64,000 bases of DNA from Spirochaetota bacterium (GCA_963664815.2 CAXXHB010000003.1:3296001-3360000), one strand, 5' to 3'. Positions 1 through 10,679 are shown, counted from the first letter of the stretch. Notes: generated from the letters alone by a model not told the origin. Translations and numbers: made by a program.

Positions 1-479
1 GCTATTACTGAAATTATTATTGTCAAAGCAAGGTCTTTCTTGATAAACCAGACTATCAGTGCACTGACAAGTGATATGGTTCCTGTTATATATTCATCCT
101 TCAGAAGAGTAAATGAAACATTCGCAAGCATTATTCCGACTCCTGCCATCATCGAAAAAACAACTACCGGCCCTATGAATCTGACTATTGCTTCATTTAA
201 TCCGAGCAGTGATGGGATAAGGAGTAAAAAACCTCCCCAGAAAACCAGAGAAAGACGTTCCCTGATAGTCGAACCAAGGTTTCCGGCAAGAGTGATAGTC
301 TCAGCCTGAAATGAAATTGTAGCAACTGAATTAAATGCGAGAGAACCTCCTATACCAATTAAAAACGCTACTGCGGTAGGGAAAGCTGCAAAGCCATAAG
401 AGAGAGCCAGTAGCCCCTGTGGTATACCATTAATGACTACAGCAAGGGCAGTCAGTAAATCCTGTAAATACTGTTCCAT
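1..479 (-). CDS. NCS2/AzgA-like nucleobase (xanthine/uracil/guanine) permease, runs off the window edge
   Basis: Not in the ORF track. Manual translation from ATG at 479: MEQYLQDLLTALAVVINGIPQGLLALSYGFAAFPTAVAFLIG...ISFQAETITLAG...SMMAGVGIMLA, multi-TM. GAGGAAGG RBS upstream. Confidence 0.75.
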   Translation of the reverse strand, partial: MEQYLQDLLTALAVVINGIPQGLLALSYGFAAFPTAVAFLIGIGGSLAFNSVATISFQAETITLAGNLGSTIRERLSLVFWGGFLLLIPSLLGLNEAIVRFIGPVVVFSMMAGVGIMLANVSFTLLKDEYITGTISLVSALIVWFIKKDLALTIIISVI

Positions 480-825
480 TCGTAACACCTTCCTCTATGA
501 CAGAATTTGTGATATAACAAAACATAATATTATAAATTCTGTGTTTTTTTTTATTATTCAAATACACAGTTTATTTATCAAGATATTAATTCAATCGTAA
601 CGATGAAAATGATTTCTGATGTTCGGTTTTTACACTAAAAAAGACGCGGATGAAGCAGCTTATTTCTTAATAAAACGCGCTTGTGAATCATAGAATAAAA
701 GTTATGAAAAAAAGGGGGAAACCTAAACTGCTAAAAATTTTTATAAAATAAAGACATGCTACACGAAAAATAATATAATCGGACAAATTCATTAATCACA
801 TCCCGCAGGTTAAAGATCCAGTCGA

Positions 826-2670
826 TCAAAGCATTAATCTCATTTTACCTAGTATCTTTTTATTAAAGAGTGTCCCTTCTATAAGTCCACGATAAAGGAA
901 GAGAGATCTCCCTGCGGCATTATCATTTTTATCATCTTCAATTTCATACCCTTCGGTAATAGTATGAATAACTCTCTGTATTGAAAAGCTTATAAGTCCC
1001 TTGCTCTTCTGCATAGATTCAATAAACTTATCCGTCTCTGAAAGCTTCTTTAAAATGAAAGACATTTTCCCGGGATCGCTTTTATCTCTCCCTGATTCTA
1101 TCATTCCGGAAAGTTCGCCGGCATATGCTGATGCCTTTTCAAGAGCAGGTATCAGGCTTTCAATTTCATCAAGCATGTCATTAATTCTCTTTTTTAACCT
1201 GTTAATTCTGCCTGAATCGATCTCACTTCTGTAACTGTCATAAAGCTCATGAACTTTTCCCATGATATCCATTTCAGGATACTCGAATGTCAGCCTGTCA
1301 TGCGGAATATTTTTCAATCCTTTGATAAACACACCGTTGTAGGTAGCATTGACAAGATCATTATCATATCTCTTTTCAAACCAGGTCTGAAAGATCATCA
1401 TCTTCTGGTTAGTACGCACCCTATCGCCTCTTACACCCTTTAAAAAAACAGGGGGGAGAGATGCAATCTGCCTTCTGTTATACATCTGTGCATTGTTTAA
1501 TTTATATGTTTTATCATGGATCTGTTCATCAAGATAGGATCCTTTAGCGTGAGCAAGACCTGACGTGAACGAAAGATCCTGACCAACCATCAAGACAGGT
1601 GATGCCCCGAGTCTTTTTGCAAAATCATATGCATTTGTGGAGACTGAACCTCCATGCGTCAGTTCACCTTTCTCCCCACAGATGTCATCTATCCATTTCA
1701 TCATATCAAAGGCAATGCCTGTCAGAGCAATCCTCCCCTTAAAAAATCTTAATAATGATGGATGTACCGTCGGATCAGAAACAAGTATTGTATCTGATTC
1801 CTCAATTCCTTCATAATATCTGGCATTAATAAGCTGCGGATCTACCGAAAGGCAGAAATGAGGAGTAATACCGTTATCAACAAGGAGTTTGTACGATGTA
1901 TCAACCGCGATTATCACCGCCCTGCTGATATTTTCTTTGATAAAATCCATACTGTAATTAAGAGAAGGACCAGCTGCAACAACAATAGCCGGAATACCGG
2001 TAAACTCATTAAAAAAAAGATTAACTCCGCATGATTTTGCTATAACACTGATGTTCCTGGAGGTATTTGAACCCCATGTTTTTTCAAACCTGGCGAGAGT
2101 CGCAATATTTACATCCTTTGTTGAAATATAAGATTTTATTACAGATACAATATTCTGATAATAATCAGGGTATATCTGTGCCGATCCCCGATGAGTAATG
2201 AATAAAACATTACGTGAAGACTTCCCTCTGAATATTTCTCCGAGAAGACTTTCAGCTGGATCAGCAAGTATATAAAAATTATCCTTTCGAATCAGACTTT
2301 CCAGATCACGAAACTCAAATGCCTTTTTCAGCAGTGCCTCATCTTTTTCTACTGCTATTACATTCACTTCTGGAGATATTTTTTCGAGAAGAAGTTCGCA
2401 ATGATACCCAAAACCGAATCCAAGTATAATAACGAGATCCCTGTCAGAAACATCAATCTCTGAAACAAACCTTTCCGCCTCCCTCTGCGGGTCAACTCTG
2501 CTGTGAATTGAGAGTTTTCTGCCGTCGGGAAGATTCAATAACGGCACATAATTCCCGGTCTTTGACTCCAGCACATCAACATGATCTGCTGCTATATTCT
2601 TCAACCTGGCAGCTATCTCTCCGTTTCTTGCATTCAGAGCATTGATATTTTTATTGAAGATATCGTTCAT
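826..2670 (-). CDS. Motility-associated factor (MAF/DUF115, MptE-like) protein, putative flagellin glycosyltransferase
   Basis: 614 aa. IHSRVDPQREAERF, ILGFGFGYH, AIVVAAGPSL, IAVDTS, GGSVS, VGQDLSFT motifs typical of DUF115/MAF_flag10. Confidence 0.85.
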   Translation of the reverse strand: MNDIFNKNINALNARNGEIAARLKNIAADHVDVLESKTGNYVPLLNLPDGRKLSIHSRVDPQREAERFVSEIDVSDRDLVIILGFGFGYHCELLLEKISPEVNVIAVEKDEALLKKAFEFRDLESLIRKDNFYILADPAESLLGEIFRGKSSRNVLFITHRGSAQIYPDYYQNIVSVIKSYISTKDVNIATLARFEKTWGSNTSRNISVIAKSCGVNLFFNEFTGIPAIVVAAGPSLNYSMDFIKENISRAVIIAVDTSYKLLVDNGITPHFCLSVDPQLINARYYEGIEESDTILVSDPTVHPSLLRFFKGRIALTGIAFDMMKWIDDICGEKGELTHGGSVSTNAYDFAKRLGASPVLMVGQDLSFTSGLAHAKGSYLDEQIHDKTYKLNNAQMYNRRQIASLPPVFLKGVRGDRVRTNQKMMIFQTWFEKRYDNDLVNATYNGVFIKGLKNIPHDRLTFEYPEMDIMGKVHELYDSYRSEIDSGRINRLKKRINDMLDEIESLIPALEKASAYAGELSGMIESGRDKSDPGKMSFILKKLSETDKFIESMQKSKGLISFSIQRVIHTITEGYEIEDDKNDNAAGRSLFLYRGLIEGTLFNKKILGKMRLML

Positions 2671-2883
2671 TTTCTGATTATTTCTCTTCCATCTACTATT
2701 CTACTATTTTATACAATCATGAATAAATCACTCCTGCTTCTGTCATTGCGAGAAGCAATCACTGCACAGCTATATATTCAGATAATAATCATTTTATTAA
2801 AAATCAATATTCATTTCATGAACAGATTGTTTACTTATATTCGCAATAACTATGCTTTTAATTATTCAGTGAATTATTCTATT

Positions 2884-4728
2884 TCAATGCATAAACAGTA
2901 TCACATTTTCACCTTTTGAAATACTGCTTCCAGGTGCGGGTTTCTGTCCATAAACTCTTCCTGAACCTTTTATATAATATTTAATACCATGCTTTTCTCC
3001 AAGGACTCTTAAAACTGCCGCCGCTTCAGCTATATTCATTCCCTTTAAATCTGGAACCGTCTGAAACTCAGACGCTGCCGATTCCTGCGATTTTTTAACT
3101 TTAAAAGCTGAAGTATCCTTACCGCCGATTCCGAAATAGGGCAACACCCTGTCAGTTATCCTCATAAAAACAGGCGCTGCGGAAGCTCCACCGGTAAAAC
3201 GGTCATCCGGATCATCGATAACTACCAGCATTGTTATTTTCGGATTCTGATAAGGGGCAATTCCTACAAATGATGAAACATTTCTGTCCGAATACCCGCC
3301 GGCAGCACTGCTGAATTTCTGGGATGTTCCTGTTTTACCGGCGATCTGGTAGAAAACCGAGTCCGCTCTTTTCCCGGTTCCTTCCGTTACAACATTTCTC
3401 ATCATCTTCATAAGAAATAAAGCTTCCTCCTCCTTTATTACCCGCCCCTTTGTGCGCGGATAAAATCCCTGTACAAGAGTACCGTCCGGTTTTTCAATTT
3501 TCTCTACCAGAGCAGGAGTTACATAAACACCGCGGTTTGCTATGGAATTAAATGCGGCAGCAAGCTGTATTGATGTTACGGAAAGTTCATGCCCTATCGA
3601 CATGGAATATTTAGACAGGCCTGACCATTGTGCAACAGGCCTGAGTATACCTTCAGCTTCACCTGGCAATTCCAGCCCTGTCTGAACCCCAAAGCCGAAT
3701 TTACGAAGAGTAGTATACAAATCCTTCTTTTCAAGGCCCTTAACAGACTGAATCATACCGGCGTTACACGATTGTGCAATTACCTTCTCAATACTAAGTT
3801 TGCCATGTTTATGCAGACAATTGATCCTCACATCATTTATATCAACAAATCCTTCACAAAAATACTCTTTCTTTAAAGCTTCCGGTTTATTTTCAATAAG
3901 AGAGGAAAGTGTAATAATTTTCATAGTCGATCCCGGTTCAAAAGAATCAACAATACTGAAATTTGAACGCAATGAACCATTATAACTGCTGAAATAATTC
4001 GGATCAAATGAAGGGTATTTGGCAATTGCAAGCACTCTCCCGGTATCCACCTCGAGAATTACAACTGCTCCCTGCTTAGCCCGGTGTTGCACAATGGCTT
4101 TGCCAAGTTCCTCCTCGGCAACATGCTGAACATAACGATCAATGGTGAGTGTAAGATTCTTTTTCTGATAAATCTCTCTTGAGATTTCGTCCTTTACCAC
4201 TTCATCTCTGCCGGAAAGAATATTGTTAAACTTGTATTCAATTCCGTCGAGACCCATATTGTCAAGCCCGACAAAACCTACAACATTTGCCGCAAGACTG
4301 TTATAAGGGTAAACCCGTTTATATTCATTTGTAAAATGAACCCCTTTAATTCCAAGTGCTTTTATTCTGCCTGACACCTGTACGTCGCATCTCCTTATCA
4401 GCCATATGAATTTTTTTTGACCGATAAATTTAGAGTGAAGTTCAGATGCCGGAGTACCCACTATAGATGATAAAGCTGCTGCGGCTGAAGCAGGATCTTT
4501 CAATTCCTGAGGATTAATGTAAACAGAATCAAACATTACACTTAATGCAAGAAGATATCCTTCACGATCAAAGATATACCCCCTTCCGTCTTCTATTGGT
4601 TCTTTGCCAGGAAGGATAATTTTATCGGAAAAGTGAAGATTGAAAAGTTTCAAAACAAAAAAGAACAGGATTACCGATAAGATAAAACCGGTTATCATTA
4701 TTCTTTTTTTAAAGACAGATTTATCCAT
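2884..4728 (-). CDS. ftsI: Class B penicillin-binding protein (FtsI/SpoVD-like) with C-terminal PASTA domain
   Basis: N-terminal TM, RGYIFDREG, RVYP, GLDGIE, EPGSTMK (SxxK), SCN (SxN), KTGT; C-terminal VPDLKGM...QKPAPGS PASTA. Confidence 0.85.
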   Translation of the reverse strand: MDKSVFKKRIMITGFILSVILFFFVLKLFNLHFSDKIILPGKEPIEDGRGYIFDREGYLLALSVMFDSVYINPQELKDPASAAAALSSIVGTPASELHSKFIGQKKFIWLIRRCDVQVSGRIKALGIKGVHFTNEYKRVYPYNSLAANVVGFVGLDNMGLDGIEYKFNNILSGRDEVVKDEISREIYQKKNLTLTIDRYVQHVAEEELGKAIVQHRAKQGAVVILEVDTGRVLAIAKYPSFDPNYFSSYNGSLRSNFSIVDSFEPGSTMKIITLSSLIENKPEALKKEYFCEGFVDINDVRINCLHKHGKLSIEKVIAQSCNAGMIQSVKGLEKKDLYTTLRKFGFGVQTGLELPGEAEGILRPVAQWSGLSKYSMSIGHELSVTSIQLAAAFNSIANRGVYVTPALVEKIEKPDGTLVQGFYPRTKGRVIKEEEALFLMKMMRNVVTEGTGKRADSVFYQIAGKTGTSQKFSSAAGGYSDRNVSSFVGIAPYQNPKITMLVVIDDPDDRFTGGASAAPVFMRITDRVLPYFGIGGKDTSAFKVKKSQESAASEFQTVPDLKGMNIAEAAAVLRVLGEKHGIKYYIKGSGRVYGQKPAPGSSISKGENVILFMH

Positions 4729-4788
4729 TACAACCCAATTTTAAAATTTTCAGATTACTCACTCAAGAACCGGTTGATAAATTAATAA

Positions 4789-4811
4789 TCACCGCGCAGG
4801 AAGCGCGGTGA
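4789..4811 (-). terminator. GC-rich hairpin downstream of lepB (terminator or stabiliser)
   Basis: TCACCGCGC-AGGAA-GCGCGGTGA, perfect 9-bp stem between lepB and the PBP gene. Confidence 0.5.
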
Positions 4812-4881
4812 ACGTGAAGTATACCCGCAGTTTCAGGACAATTATTAAAATATAATCTGTTATAATAGCTTTTTCCCACAA

Positions 4882-5985
4882 TTATCTTATTAATCCAAGC
4901 CTGTTAAACTTGCCGCTGAATATCTGTTCTGAATTCCAGTAAAGAATAAAAGCTCTTCCTTTAATTGCAGTTATATCAAGATAACCAAAGTAACGTCCGT
5001 CTGAAGAGTTAACCCTGTTGTCTCCAAGCACAACTACCTTGCCAGTTGGGACTATACCTTCAATATTATTGAACTTGTTTATATTAAAATGATCATAATC
5101 TGTCGGCTTACCAAGAGTATATGGTTCATTCTGCTTAACACCGTTTATGTATACAAAATTATCTTTAACATGAAATTCATCACCGGGAAGGGCAATACAT
5201 CGTTTTATATAATCTTTGTGCTTTTCACTCTCTATGGGGGGTGTAAATATTACGATGTCTCCCCTTTGCAACCCTCTTACTGCAAACGCATTAAGATGAA
5301 CAGGATTTGCCATTCCCATCATTTTCGGGATAATTGGTCCATAGGTGATTTTTTCTACAAACAAATGATCACCTATCTGCAGAGTTTCCTCCATCGAACC
5401 TGTTGGAATATAATAAGCCTGTATAACATATTGAATTATATGAACAGCAAGAACAAGGGCTACCGCAATTGCATCAATGAACTCCCAGATTTTTTTATAC
5501 AACAGTGTCCTTTTGGGAGCCATATCCTGAAAAAGTTCCTGCATAAAATTTCTGTGCTCTTCGCTGAGAAGAATTCTTGGAAAAGATGTAACAACGAATT
5601 TTTCTCTTATTAAAAAATTACCCAGGGGATTTATCTCTAAGTATGTTATTTCATCTCCGGGGATTTTAAATGTTTTATCAGAAGTTGTTATCTCTATAAA
5701 ATTGTTGGTCAGTTTAATTTTCCCGCCCCGATACTTTATATATTTTACAATATGATTTGTAAATCTTACAAAGTAAAAAACTGTGGCCATACTCCCGATA
5801 AAATAAATGTAAAAACAGGGTGTTTTTACAAAAGGAATGGCTACTGCAAGAAAAAGTGTAGAATAAGCAAAAAGAATAAGATAGAGAGTTCTTTGAATAA
5901 AAAACTTAACAGCATCTTTTCCTTTTATTATTTCAAATTCAACATCAAATTCTTTTGATTTGTCAAATCTTAAAAATTGAATCAT
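4882..5985 (-). CDS. lepB: Signal peptidase I with long N-terminal membrane extension
   Basis: IPTGSMEETLQIGDHLFVEK (catalytic Ser), RGDIVIF, DYIKRCIALPGD (catalytic Lys), GDNRVNSSDGRYFG. Confidence 0.9.
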   Translation of the reverse strand: MIQFLRFDKSKEFDVEFEIIKGKDAVKFFIQRTLYLILFAYSTLFLAVAIPFVKTPCFYIYFIGSMATVFYFVRFTNHIVKYIKYRGGKIKLTNNFIEITTSDKTFKIPGDEITYLEINPLGNFLIREKFVVTSFPRILLSEEHRNFMQELFQDMAPKRTLLYKKIWEFIDAIAVALVLAVHIIQYVIQAYYIPTGSMEETLQIGDHLFVEKITYGPIIPKMMGMANPVHLNAFAVRGLQRGDIVIFTPPIESEKHKDYIKRCIALPGDEFHVKDNFVYINGVKQNEPYTLGKPTDYDHFNINKFNNIEGIVPTGKVVVLGDNRVNSSDGRYFGYLDITAIKGRAFILYWNSEQIFSGKFNRLGLIR

Positions 5986-6131
5986 TAAATTCTCCTTGGG
6001 ATTATAAAAAAATGAATAATTACGATTTTATGGGGTAAAATGTGCAACAAAACATATTTCTATAACAAAATTTATTGCATATTTAACCACATACATATAA
6101 AATAGTACATAACAGGTGTCTACAACTTTTT

Positions 6132-7979
6132 ATGAAAACAATTGATGATATACTAAAAAGAATCCAGCCTGAAAAGCAGAAAGAGCTGATTCAGACTTTT
6201 AACATTAAAACCTCATCTGAAGCAAAAATCAGAGAGGCTATGCTCAATTTTTATACCCTGTATAGGATAATTTCTTCATTTAACAGGGATGAAATCAATA
6301 TATTCAAAGTCCTTTATTCCGGAAATGACGGAATAAGCTTTGGAGAACTTCAGAAAATACTCTCTATCGACATTGATGTAATAGAAAAATCTGTTCTCAA
6401 CATAAGCTCATACATGCTTGCCTATGTTATAAAAAACAGACAGATGCTCAATAAAAAAATGGATAAAATTCACTGTATACAGGAGATTTCAGAAATCCTT
6501 ACAATCTCCGAAAGTGTGGACGTTACAGATTATCTGAATAAAGCTGCTGAAACATTAATAGCAAAAAATGAATCAGCCCCTGAAGAAATAATAAAAGATG
6601 AAAAATCCCTTGAGATCATAAAAACCATAATAAAAAAAGGTTGCATAATTGAATCTGAAAACCTTTTGGAATTATATGATTCCAGGGAAAACGAGAAAAA
6701 AATCAACGAACTTATAGAAAAAAAATATCTGAATATTTTCAGTATAATCAATGATAAGCCTTATGTTTATATCGGTATAGATGAAAAAATCCTCCCGCAG
6801 GCTGCATCCTTTTATAAAAAGAAAAACCTGGCCGAAAATATAACTGTCTGCAACAATTTTAAAAACGTTACCAATATAATTAAAGCCTACGATGTTATCT
6901 CATCATCAGGACTCTTTTTAACAAAGCAGAGCAAATTCAGAAAAATTGATCTTAAAAAAATATCTGAAGCAATGCTTGAGATCTCTCTTGCAGATGGAAC
7001 AATCCTTGAAGATGAGGAAAGAGCATTTATTGCAATGCAGATGCTTAACCTGCTTAAATGCCTTAGACTTGACAGAGATATCGGAATTATCAGTTTAAAA
7101 AACATATCTGAAAAAATTGAAGATCCACTGCTTATTACACGTGGAGTTCTTCTGAAAATTCAGGAAGGTATAAAACCTGGTGAAGAATTCAGGGGAGCAA
7201 CTGTTATTCCTCACTCACAGGGGATAAAAAGTATTCTGACAATACTATCAGGTTTAAAAAGTGCCGATTATGACTATCTGAGGCTTATATTTATAACATT
7301 ATGCACAGCCTCTCATTTCAAAAAACTTGAAAATGATTTTCAGAATTTTGTAAATGATGCTGAAGAACAGTTTGAGCAATCCCTGAATTTTCTTACAATC
7401 TGCGGTTTATGTGAAACCATTAATGGAAAAATATCATTATCGGAACCAGGTAAAAGAATAAGTGCAATACTCCAGAACAAGAAGCATAGTAAAGAAACAG
7501 AGATTAAAAAATGCATTTATATAAGTCCGGACTTTACATTGATGATTCCTCACAGAGATATAGATCCGGTATCCCTTTACACAATAATGGCCTTTACAGA
7601 AATTTTGAAGGAAGATGTCGTTATTGAAGCAGCTATAACCAAAAATTCGATAATAAACGCGAAAAAAAGGGGAATGAATATTGAAAAATTTATTCAGACA
7701 CTTAAAAAATATGCAAAAAACGATATCCCTCAGAATCTTGAATTCCTGCTTGATGACTGGACTAAACAGACTATCAGTATAAATATTTCAAAACCGATTC
7801 TGCTTCATGCAAGCCATGGGAGCTTCATTGATGAAATTCTATACAGTTCCTCATCAAAAACGATAATGACCCGGATTTCAGAGAATTATGCAATACTTGA
7901 TAAAGATTCTATTGATATTGTAGTTAAGTTTTCCAAAAAATTCGATGCAGTTATAACAATATTTGAAGAGAACGATTAA
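6132..7979 (+). CDS. Helicase-associated (XPB/Ssl2 N-terminal-like, Helicase_C_3) domain protein
   Basis: C-terminal ISPDFTLMIP...ITKNSIINAKKRGMNIEKFIQTLKKYAKNDIPQNLEFLLDDW pattern; no Walker motifs seen. Confidence 0.7.
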   Translation: MKTIDDILKRIQPEKQKELIQTFNIKTSSEAKIREAMLNFYTLYRIISSFNRDEINIFKVLYSGNDGISFGELQKILSIDIDVIEKSVLNISSYMLAYVIKNRQMLNKKMDKIHCIQEISEILTISESVDVTDYLNKAAETLIAKNESAPEEIIKDEKSLEIIKTIIKKGCIIESENLLELYDSRENEKKINELIEKKYLNIFSIINDKPYVYIGIDEKILPQAASFYKKKNLAENITVCNNFKNVTNIIKAYDVISSSGLFLTKQSKFRKIDLKKISEAMLEISLADGTILEDEERAFIAMQMLNLLKCLRLDRDIGIISLKNISEKIEDPLLITRGVLLKIQEGIKPGEEFRGATVIPHSQGIKSILTILSGLKSADYDYLRLIFITLCTASHFKKLENDFQNFVNDAEEQFEQSLNFLTICGLCETINGKISLSEPGKRISAILQNKKHSKETEIKKCIYISPDFTLMIPHRDIDPVSLYTIMAFTEILKEDVVIEAAITKNSIINAKKRGMNIEKFIQTLKKYAKNDIPQNLEFLLDDWTKQTISINISKPILLHASHGSFIDEILYSSSSKTIMTRISENYAILDKDSIDIVVKFSKKFDAVITIFEEND

Positions 7980-8266
7980 TCTGTCGTTACCTTAATTTTT
8001 ACGGGGAAATCCCAGTCCATAAATTCCTGAAGAGCTTTTATTGTTTTATCCTGAACAAAGTAGAGTTTTCCATTGAGTTTAACAAGCCCTCCCTTATAAT
8101 AAGAATGTTTCATCTGATGATCTATCCATCCAACAAGTTCTACTTTCCTCCAGTTATCTACAGTTTTTAAAACAGGAAGCTTTCTGAGATAGAGTTCTTT
8201 TATAACTCCATTCTTAACAGAATCAACTAGTATTTTTTCCCACTCCATTATCATACTCTTATACAA
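7976..8266 (-). CDS. Conserved hypothetical protein (resembles a small Leptospira-type hypothetical)
   Basis: 96 aa ORF, MEWEKIL..SVK..IKEL.LRK.P.LKT...YKGGLVK pattern recalled from Leptospira proteins; shares a TTAA stop overlap with the convergent gene. Confidence 0.65.
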   Translation of the reverse strand: MYKSMIMEWEKILVDSVKNGVIKELYLRKLPVLKTVDNWRKVELVGWIDHQMKHSYYKGGLVKLNGKLYFVQDKTIKALQEFMDWDFPVKIKVTTD

Positions 8267-8276
8267 TTATTTTTTA

Positions 8277-9152
8277 CTATTTATCACTAATTGAACACCC
8301 TGCTGTAAGTTTTCCAATTTTTTCTTCAAGAACTCTTTTCTCTTCTTTAAGCCTTTTAAGTTCCGAGTGGAGATCCATGGCTTCAACCCTGCTTAACTCT
8401 TCAACACTGTCCCTTGCATCCATAATCTTTTTTATTGCTAGCAGTTCCCTGGTTGAATACTCTATCAATGATTCCTGTGCTTCAATTATTCTGTTGGCAT
8501 TAATCATCTCTTCTCTTCGAAGCTCTCCAAGCATCTCTTCCGCTTTAACCCTATCCTTTAAAATCATATATTCATAATTTCTGTTAAGAGCAATATTCCT
8601 GATTGAATCGTTGAGATTAAGATGTTCCTGCATCATTTTTTTTTCAAAATCGAGAATTTTAATAAAAATCTCCTTTTCAATTCCTTCATTAAACATATTT
8701 TTCCTTTTTACATCAAGCATACATTCAATCACATCGATACGCGATTCAGACTCGTCAGAAATAAGTTTCATTATCTGCCTGTATTTTTCAACAAGAATGG
8801 TTTTTTCAAGAAGAAGTAAAAAACTTCTTTCATCCACAGGTTTTACAATAAACTCAAGATTTAAGAGATTAACAGTATTAAAAAAAATACCTTCAACATC
8901 ACTTCTGTCAGCGACAACCAGTTTTATAAAATTATCTATAGCTGTTATACGGGAAATATCCCTGATAAGTTCTGCAGGTTTTCTGGCCATCAGATAAAAA
9001 ACATAGACGCTGCAACCAGTTTTATTTTCAGAGATATTATCAATTTCATTAAAATCGCAGACCATTACCGACAATCCCATCTGACCTGCCCTTGCTGCAA
9101 GAGCCTCACCTTCGCTGTTATCGGTAAAAAATAATATTTCAATTTTATTCAT
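8277..9152 (-). CDS. Pseudo-receiver plus coiled-coil protein
   Basis: N-terminal REC-like pattern (ILFFTDN...EFIVKPVDERSFLLLLEK) without a clear phospho-Asp; long heptad-rich C-terminus. Confidence 0.6.
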   Translation of the reverse strand: MNKIEILFFTDNSEGEALAARAGQMGLSVMVCDFNEIDNISENKTGCSVYVFYLMARKPAELIRDISRITAIDNFIKLVVADRSDVEGIFFNTVNLLNLEFIVKPVDERSFLLLLEKTILVEKYRQIMKLISDESESRIDVIECMLDVKRKNMFNEGIEKEIFIKILDFEKKMMQEHLNLNDSIRNIALNRNYEYMILKDRVKAEEMLGELRREEMINANRIIEAQESLIEYSTRELLAIKKIMDARDSVEELSRVEAMDLHSELKRLKEEKRVLEEKIGKLTAGCSISDK

Positions 9153-9404
9153 AATATTAAGCCCTTTCAGGTTTTTAATTCCGTTATATATTTCCTTTAA
9201 TTACAACTCTTTTTTTAAACTGTAAAACAAAAACAGGTTTAAGAACAAATTCAAATCACTGAATTCAAAAAAACTTCCATTTAAACTGTCATAAATAGAC
9301 ACATTCAGAAACATGTAAAGTTTTAAAGATAAAAAAAACTTGCCATTATCAACCTCTGTAAGGATTTGTCCCAAAAATTAAATTATACCATATGAGAGAG
9401 TACT

Positions 9405-10406
9405 TTGAAATATATAAAATATGCTTTATCCATTTTATTAATCCTGATTCTGCTTTACAGTTACAGACAGCTTGTTTTTCCACCCGAGTTCCTGAATCTC
9501 GTCTCTGGAGCTGCATTTTCAGAGAAATGTTTTAATAAAATTCATGAGTTTACTCAAGAAGAGAATGTTTTTTATATTCCCGATATTGAGAATAAAGAAT
9601 TTTTTGAATCCGTTGAAGATTTATCCATATGCCGTAATAATGCTGTGCGAAAATACATATATGTATACCTTACATCCGGGAGAGAATATCTGGTAAAATC
9701 TATCGGAAGATCCTTCATATACATCGATATAATAAACGGAATTATGAAAAAAAATCCCGACATCCCTTCAGAGATCGCACTGCTCCCCCTGCTTGAAAGC
9801 GGTTTTGACCCATATGCAATATCAAAAAGCAATGCTGCAGGTTTATGGCAATTTCTGCTTCCTACTTCAAGACAGCTTGGCCTTAAAAGTGATCATCTTG
9901 TTGAAGAGAGGCGCGATATCGAAAAATCCACTGAAGCTGCCATCAGACATCTGCGCTATCTGCATAAAATTTTTAAATCGTGGGACATTGCCCTTGCTGC
10001 CTACAATGGAGGAGATGGACAGATAAGAAGAGCCATGAAAAAAACAAACTCAAATAACATCTGGGAACTTATAAAATCGGGGAATCTCATAAAGGAAACA
10101 TCTGAATATGTTCCAAGATACGCTGCACTTATAATAATTTATAATAACAGGAAACTGTTTGGAATAGAAAATGAAATTGTACTTCCGGAAAATGAAAAAA
10201 CAGTGGCGATACGACTCGATTACCAGATAGATATAAACCAGCTCTCGGAAAAATGCCATATCAATATAAATGAGATAAAAAAATACAATCCGCAGCTTAA
10301 TACATCTCTAACACCCTCTTTAAAAGATGGTTTTACTTTACGTTTAACTGACAATTCAGCCGGGAAGTTTTATCAGAACACCGGGAGTTTAATATCCGAA
10401 AGATAG
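9405..10406 (+). CDS. Lytic transglycosylase (MltD-like SLT domain)
   Basis: LPLLESGFDPYAISKSNAAGLWQF, ALAAYNGG, ETSEYVPR; N-terminal TM; TTG start. Confidence 0.9.
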   Translation: MKYIKYALSILLILILLYSYRQLVFPPEFLNLVSGAAFSEKCFNKIHEFTQEENVFYIPDIENKEFFESVEDLSICRNNAVRKYIYVYLTSGREYLVKSIGRSFIYIDIINGIMKKNPDIPSEIALLPLLESGFDPYAISKSNAAGLWQFLLPTSRQLGLKSDHLVEERRDIEKSTEAAIRHLRYLHKIFKSWDIALAAYNGGDGQIRRAMKKTNSNNIWELIKSGNLIKETSEYVPRYAALIIIYNNRKLFGIENEIVLPENEKTVAIRLDYQIDINQLSEKCHININEIKKYNPQLNTSLTPSLKDGFTLRLTDNSAGKFYQNTGSLISER

Positions 10407-10472
10407 AAAAATTATATCTTGACACAACCCACCTCGGGTTTAATTTTTTAAAAAATCAAAGGAGGATCCATT

Positions 10473-10667
10473 ATGTTACCCTTCAATTTGCCAGGCGGTG
10501 GAGAATGGCTTGTTATCATCGGGATTATAGTCCTTCTCTTCGGAGGAAGTAAAGCCATGTCCTCCGTTAAAGATCTCGGGAAAGAGGTATATAAACTGAA
10601 AAAAGATGTTAATGATCTGAAAGACGAAGTAAAAACAGATATAATCAGGATTAACGATAAAGAATAG
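10473..10667 (+). CDS. tatA: Twin-arginine translocase TatA/TatE family subunit
   Basis: GGGEWLVIIGIIVLLFGGSK...KDLGK; AGGAGG RBS. Confidence 0.85.
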   Translation: MLPFNLPGGGEWLVIIGIIVLLFGGSKAMSSVKDLGKEVYKLKKDVNDLKDEVKTDIIRINDKE

Positions 10668-10679
10668 AGGAGCAATCTC

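Noticed and set aside
40-309. 89-aa plus-strand ORF
   Set aside because: Antisense shadow of the minus-strand NCS2 permease, which has an RBS and family motifs.
480-825. Purine riboswitch upstream of the NCS2 permease
   Set aside because: Conserved TATAA/ATATGG/TTTCTACC/CCGTAAA elements are not present on the minus strand.
4789-4811. CAGGAAGC hairpin as SRP (4.5S) RNA
   Set aside because: Lacks the CAGG...GGAA...AGCAG internal-loop architecture and the long outer stem.
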